Below, piece by piece: positions 63,363-64,000 of a stretch of DNA of 64,000 bases (positions within the stretch are counted from its first letter, which is position 1; each line of letters opens with the position of its first letter). The notes below the pieces were generated by a model that had not been told where the DNA came from, made no database searches, and saw only the letters and a program-made list of their open reading frames with translations. This stretch comes from Candidatus Levybacteria bacterium RIFCSPHIGHO2_01_FULL_40_16 (GTDB taxonomy: Bacteria > Patescibacteriota > Microgenomatia > Levybacterales > UBA12049), in contig MFNS01000006.1 of the NCBI GenBank assembly GCA_001783805.1, forward strand, positions 34,095-98,094, read 5' to 3'. A program made the translations under genes and the position numbers.

Positions 63363-64000
63363 ATGAATATTATCGGACATAAAAATTGGTATTTTGGTTT
63401 ATCTTTATTGGTTATCATTACGGGACTTATTGCAATTTTCCTGTGGGGATTAAATCTTTCCATTGAATTTACCGGTGGCTCTAGGCTGACCTTAGCTTTT
63501 AATGATGTGGTTGGCGATAAACAGATTAAAATAGTTGACGAAGCTTTGAAAGCGGAAAAGATAAAAATAGCCAGTATTGAGAAATCAAACAAATTGATTT
63601 TCGTCAGAACGTCTCCGATAGATCAAAATCAAAATAATAAATTTATAAATACGCTATCGAAGAATTTTAAAGACGTTAAAGAGCGGGAGTTTGAGACAAT
63701 AGGTCCGGTAATAGGGCAAGAAACAACCTTTAATGCTTTAAAGGCAATTATAATAGCGTCGGTTTTGATTATTCTTTATATAACCTGGTCATTCAGACAG
63801 GTTCCCAAGCCTGCCAGCAGTTTCCGGTTTGGGGTCTGCGCAATTATTGCCTTAATTCATGATGTGCTGGTGGTAGTCGGGGTTTTTGCAATTCTAGGAC
63901 ATTTTTTTGGAGTTGAAATAGATTCTCTTTTTGTGACCGCCATTCTAACAGTAATTGGTTTTTCAGTTCACGATACAATTGTTGTTTTTGATAGAATCCG
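63363..64000 (+). CDS. secF: protein translocase subunit SecF (N-terminal part; continues past window)
   Basis: ATG at 63363; MNIIGHKNWYFGLSLLVI...; open to window end. Confidence 0.8.
   Translation, partial: MNIIGHKNWYFGLSLLVIITGLIAIFLWGLNLSIEFTGGSRLTLAFNDVVGDKQIKIVDEALKAEKIKIASIEKSNKLIFVRTSPIDQNQNNKFINTLSKNFKDVKEREFETIGPVIGQETTFNALKAIIIASVLIILYITWSFRQVPKPASSFRFGVCAIIALIHDVLVVVGVFAILGHFFGVEIDSLFVTAILTVIGFSVHDTIVVFDRI

Noticed and set aside
63341-63592. 83-aa minus-strand ORF
   Set aside because: It lies within the N-terminal part of secF on the opposite strand; secF is strongly supported.
1-64000. Mobile elements, prophage or integrative island
   Set aside because: No integrase, transposase, recombinase, phage structural, or conjugation genes recognised. 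The only island-like signal is the small tRNA-Pro-adjacent cassette reported as a finding.

Overview
The 64 kb window is AT-rich and densely coded (about 85 genes). It reads like a small-genome bacterium with Firmicutes-like gene order and several archaeal-type enzymes, consistent with a Patescibacteria/CPR-like organism (inference). Informational and envelope genes: ribosomal/RNAP-alpha operon segment (secY-adk-[P-loop kinase]-cmk-map-infA-rpmJ-rpsM-rpsK-rpsD-rpoA-rplQ, then rplM-rpsI); recA-recX-rny-hup and an unannotated RNase P RNA; a tRNA-Pro flanked by a SET-domain gene and a four-helix-bundle gene; rmuC next to a UvrD-like helicase/Cas4-like nuclease fusion; t6A genes (tsaD, tsaE, tsaC, short tsaB); lysK (class I), serS, rdgB, secA, secD/secF, greA, prfB-ftsE-ftsX-PcsB-like. 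Metabolism and surface: isoprenoid trio (idi, isopentenyl phosphate kinase, uppS); an HK/RR two-component pair and an ECF sigma module; a nucleotide-sugar/glycosylation island (rmlA-nudix-rmlB-rmlD, ugd, rmd-like, gmd, uxs, GT2/GtrA, GT39). I found no CRISPR array, integrase, transposase or prophage. The most unusual signals are: (1) 7-nt-period A/T-rich tandem repeats inside conserved housekeeping genes (in frame) as well as between genes; (2) three families of near-identical hairpin elements at unrelated loci, one shared between the rnpB P3 stem and a terminator-like hairpin in front of secA; (3) a 16-codon poly-Lys/Arg uORF with a strong SD plus terminator immediately upstream of secA; (4) a likely archaeal-type PPAT-DUF359 fusion and an IPK-IDI pair; (5) a helicase-nuclease fusion with an Fe-S Cys cluster.
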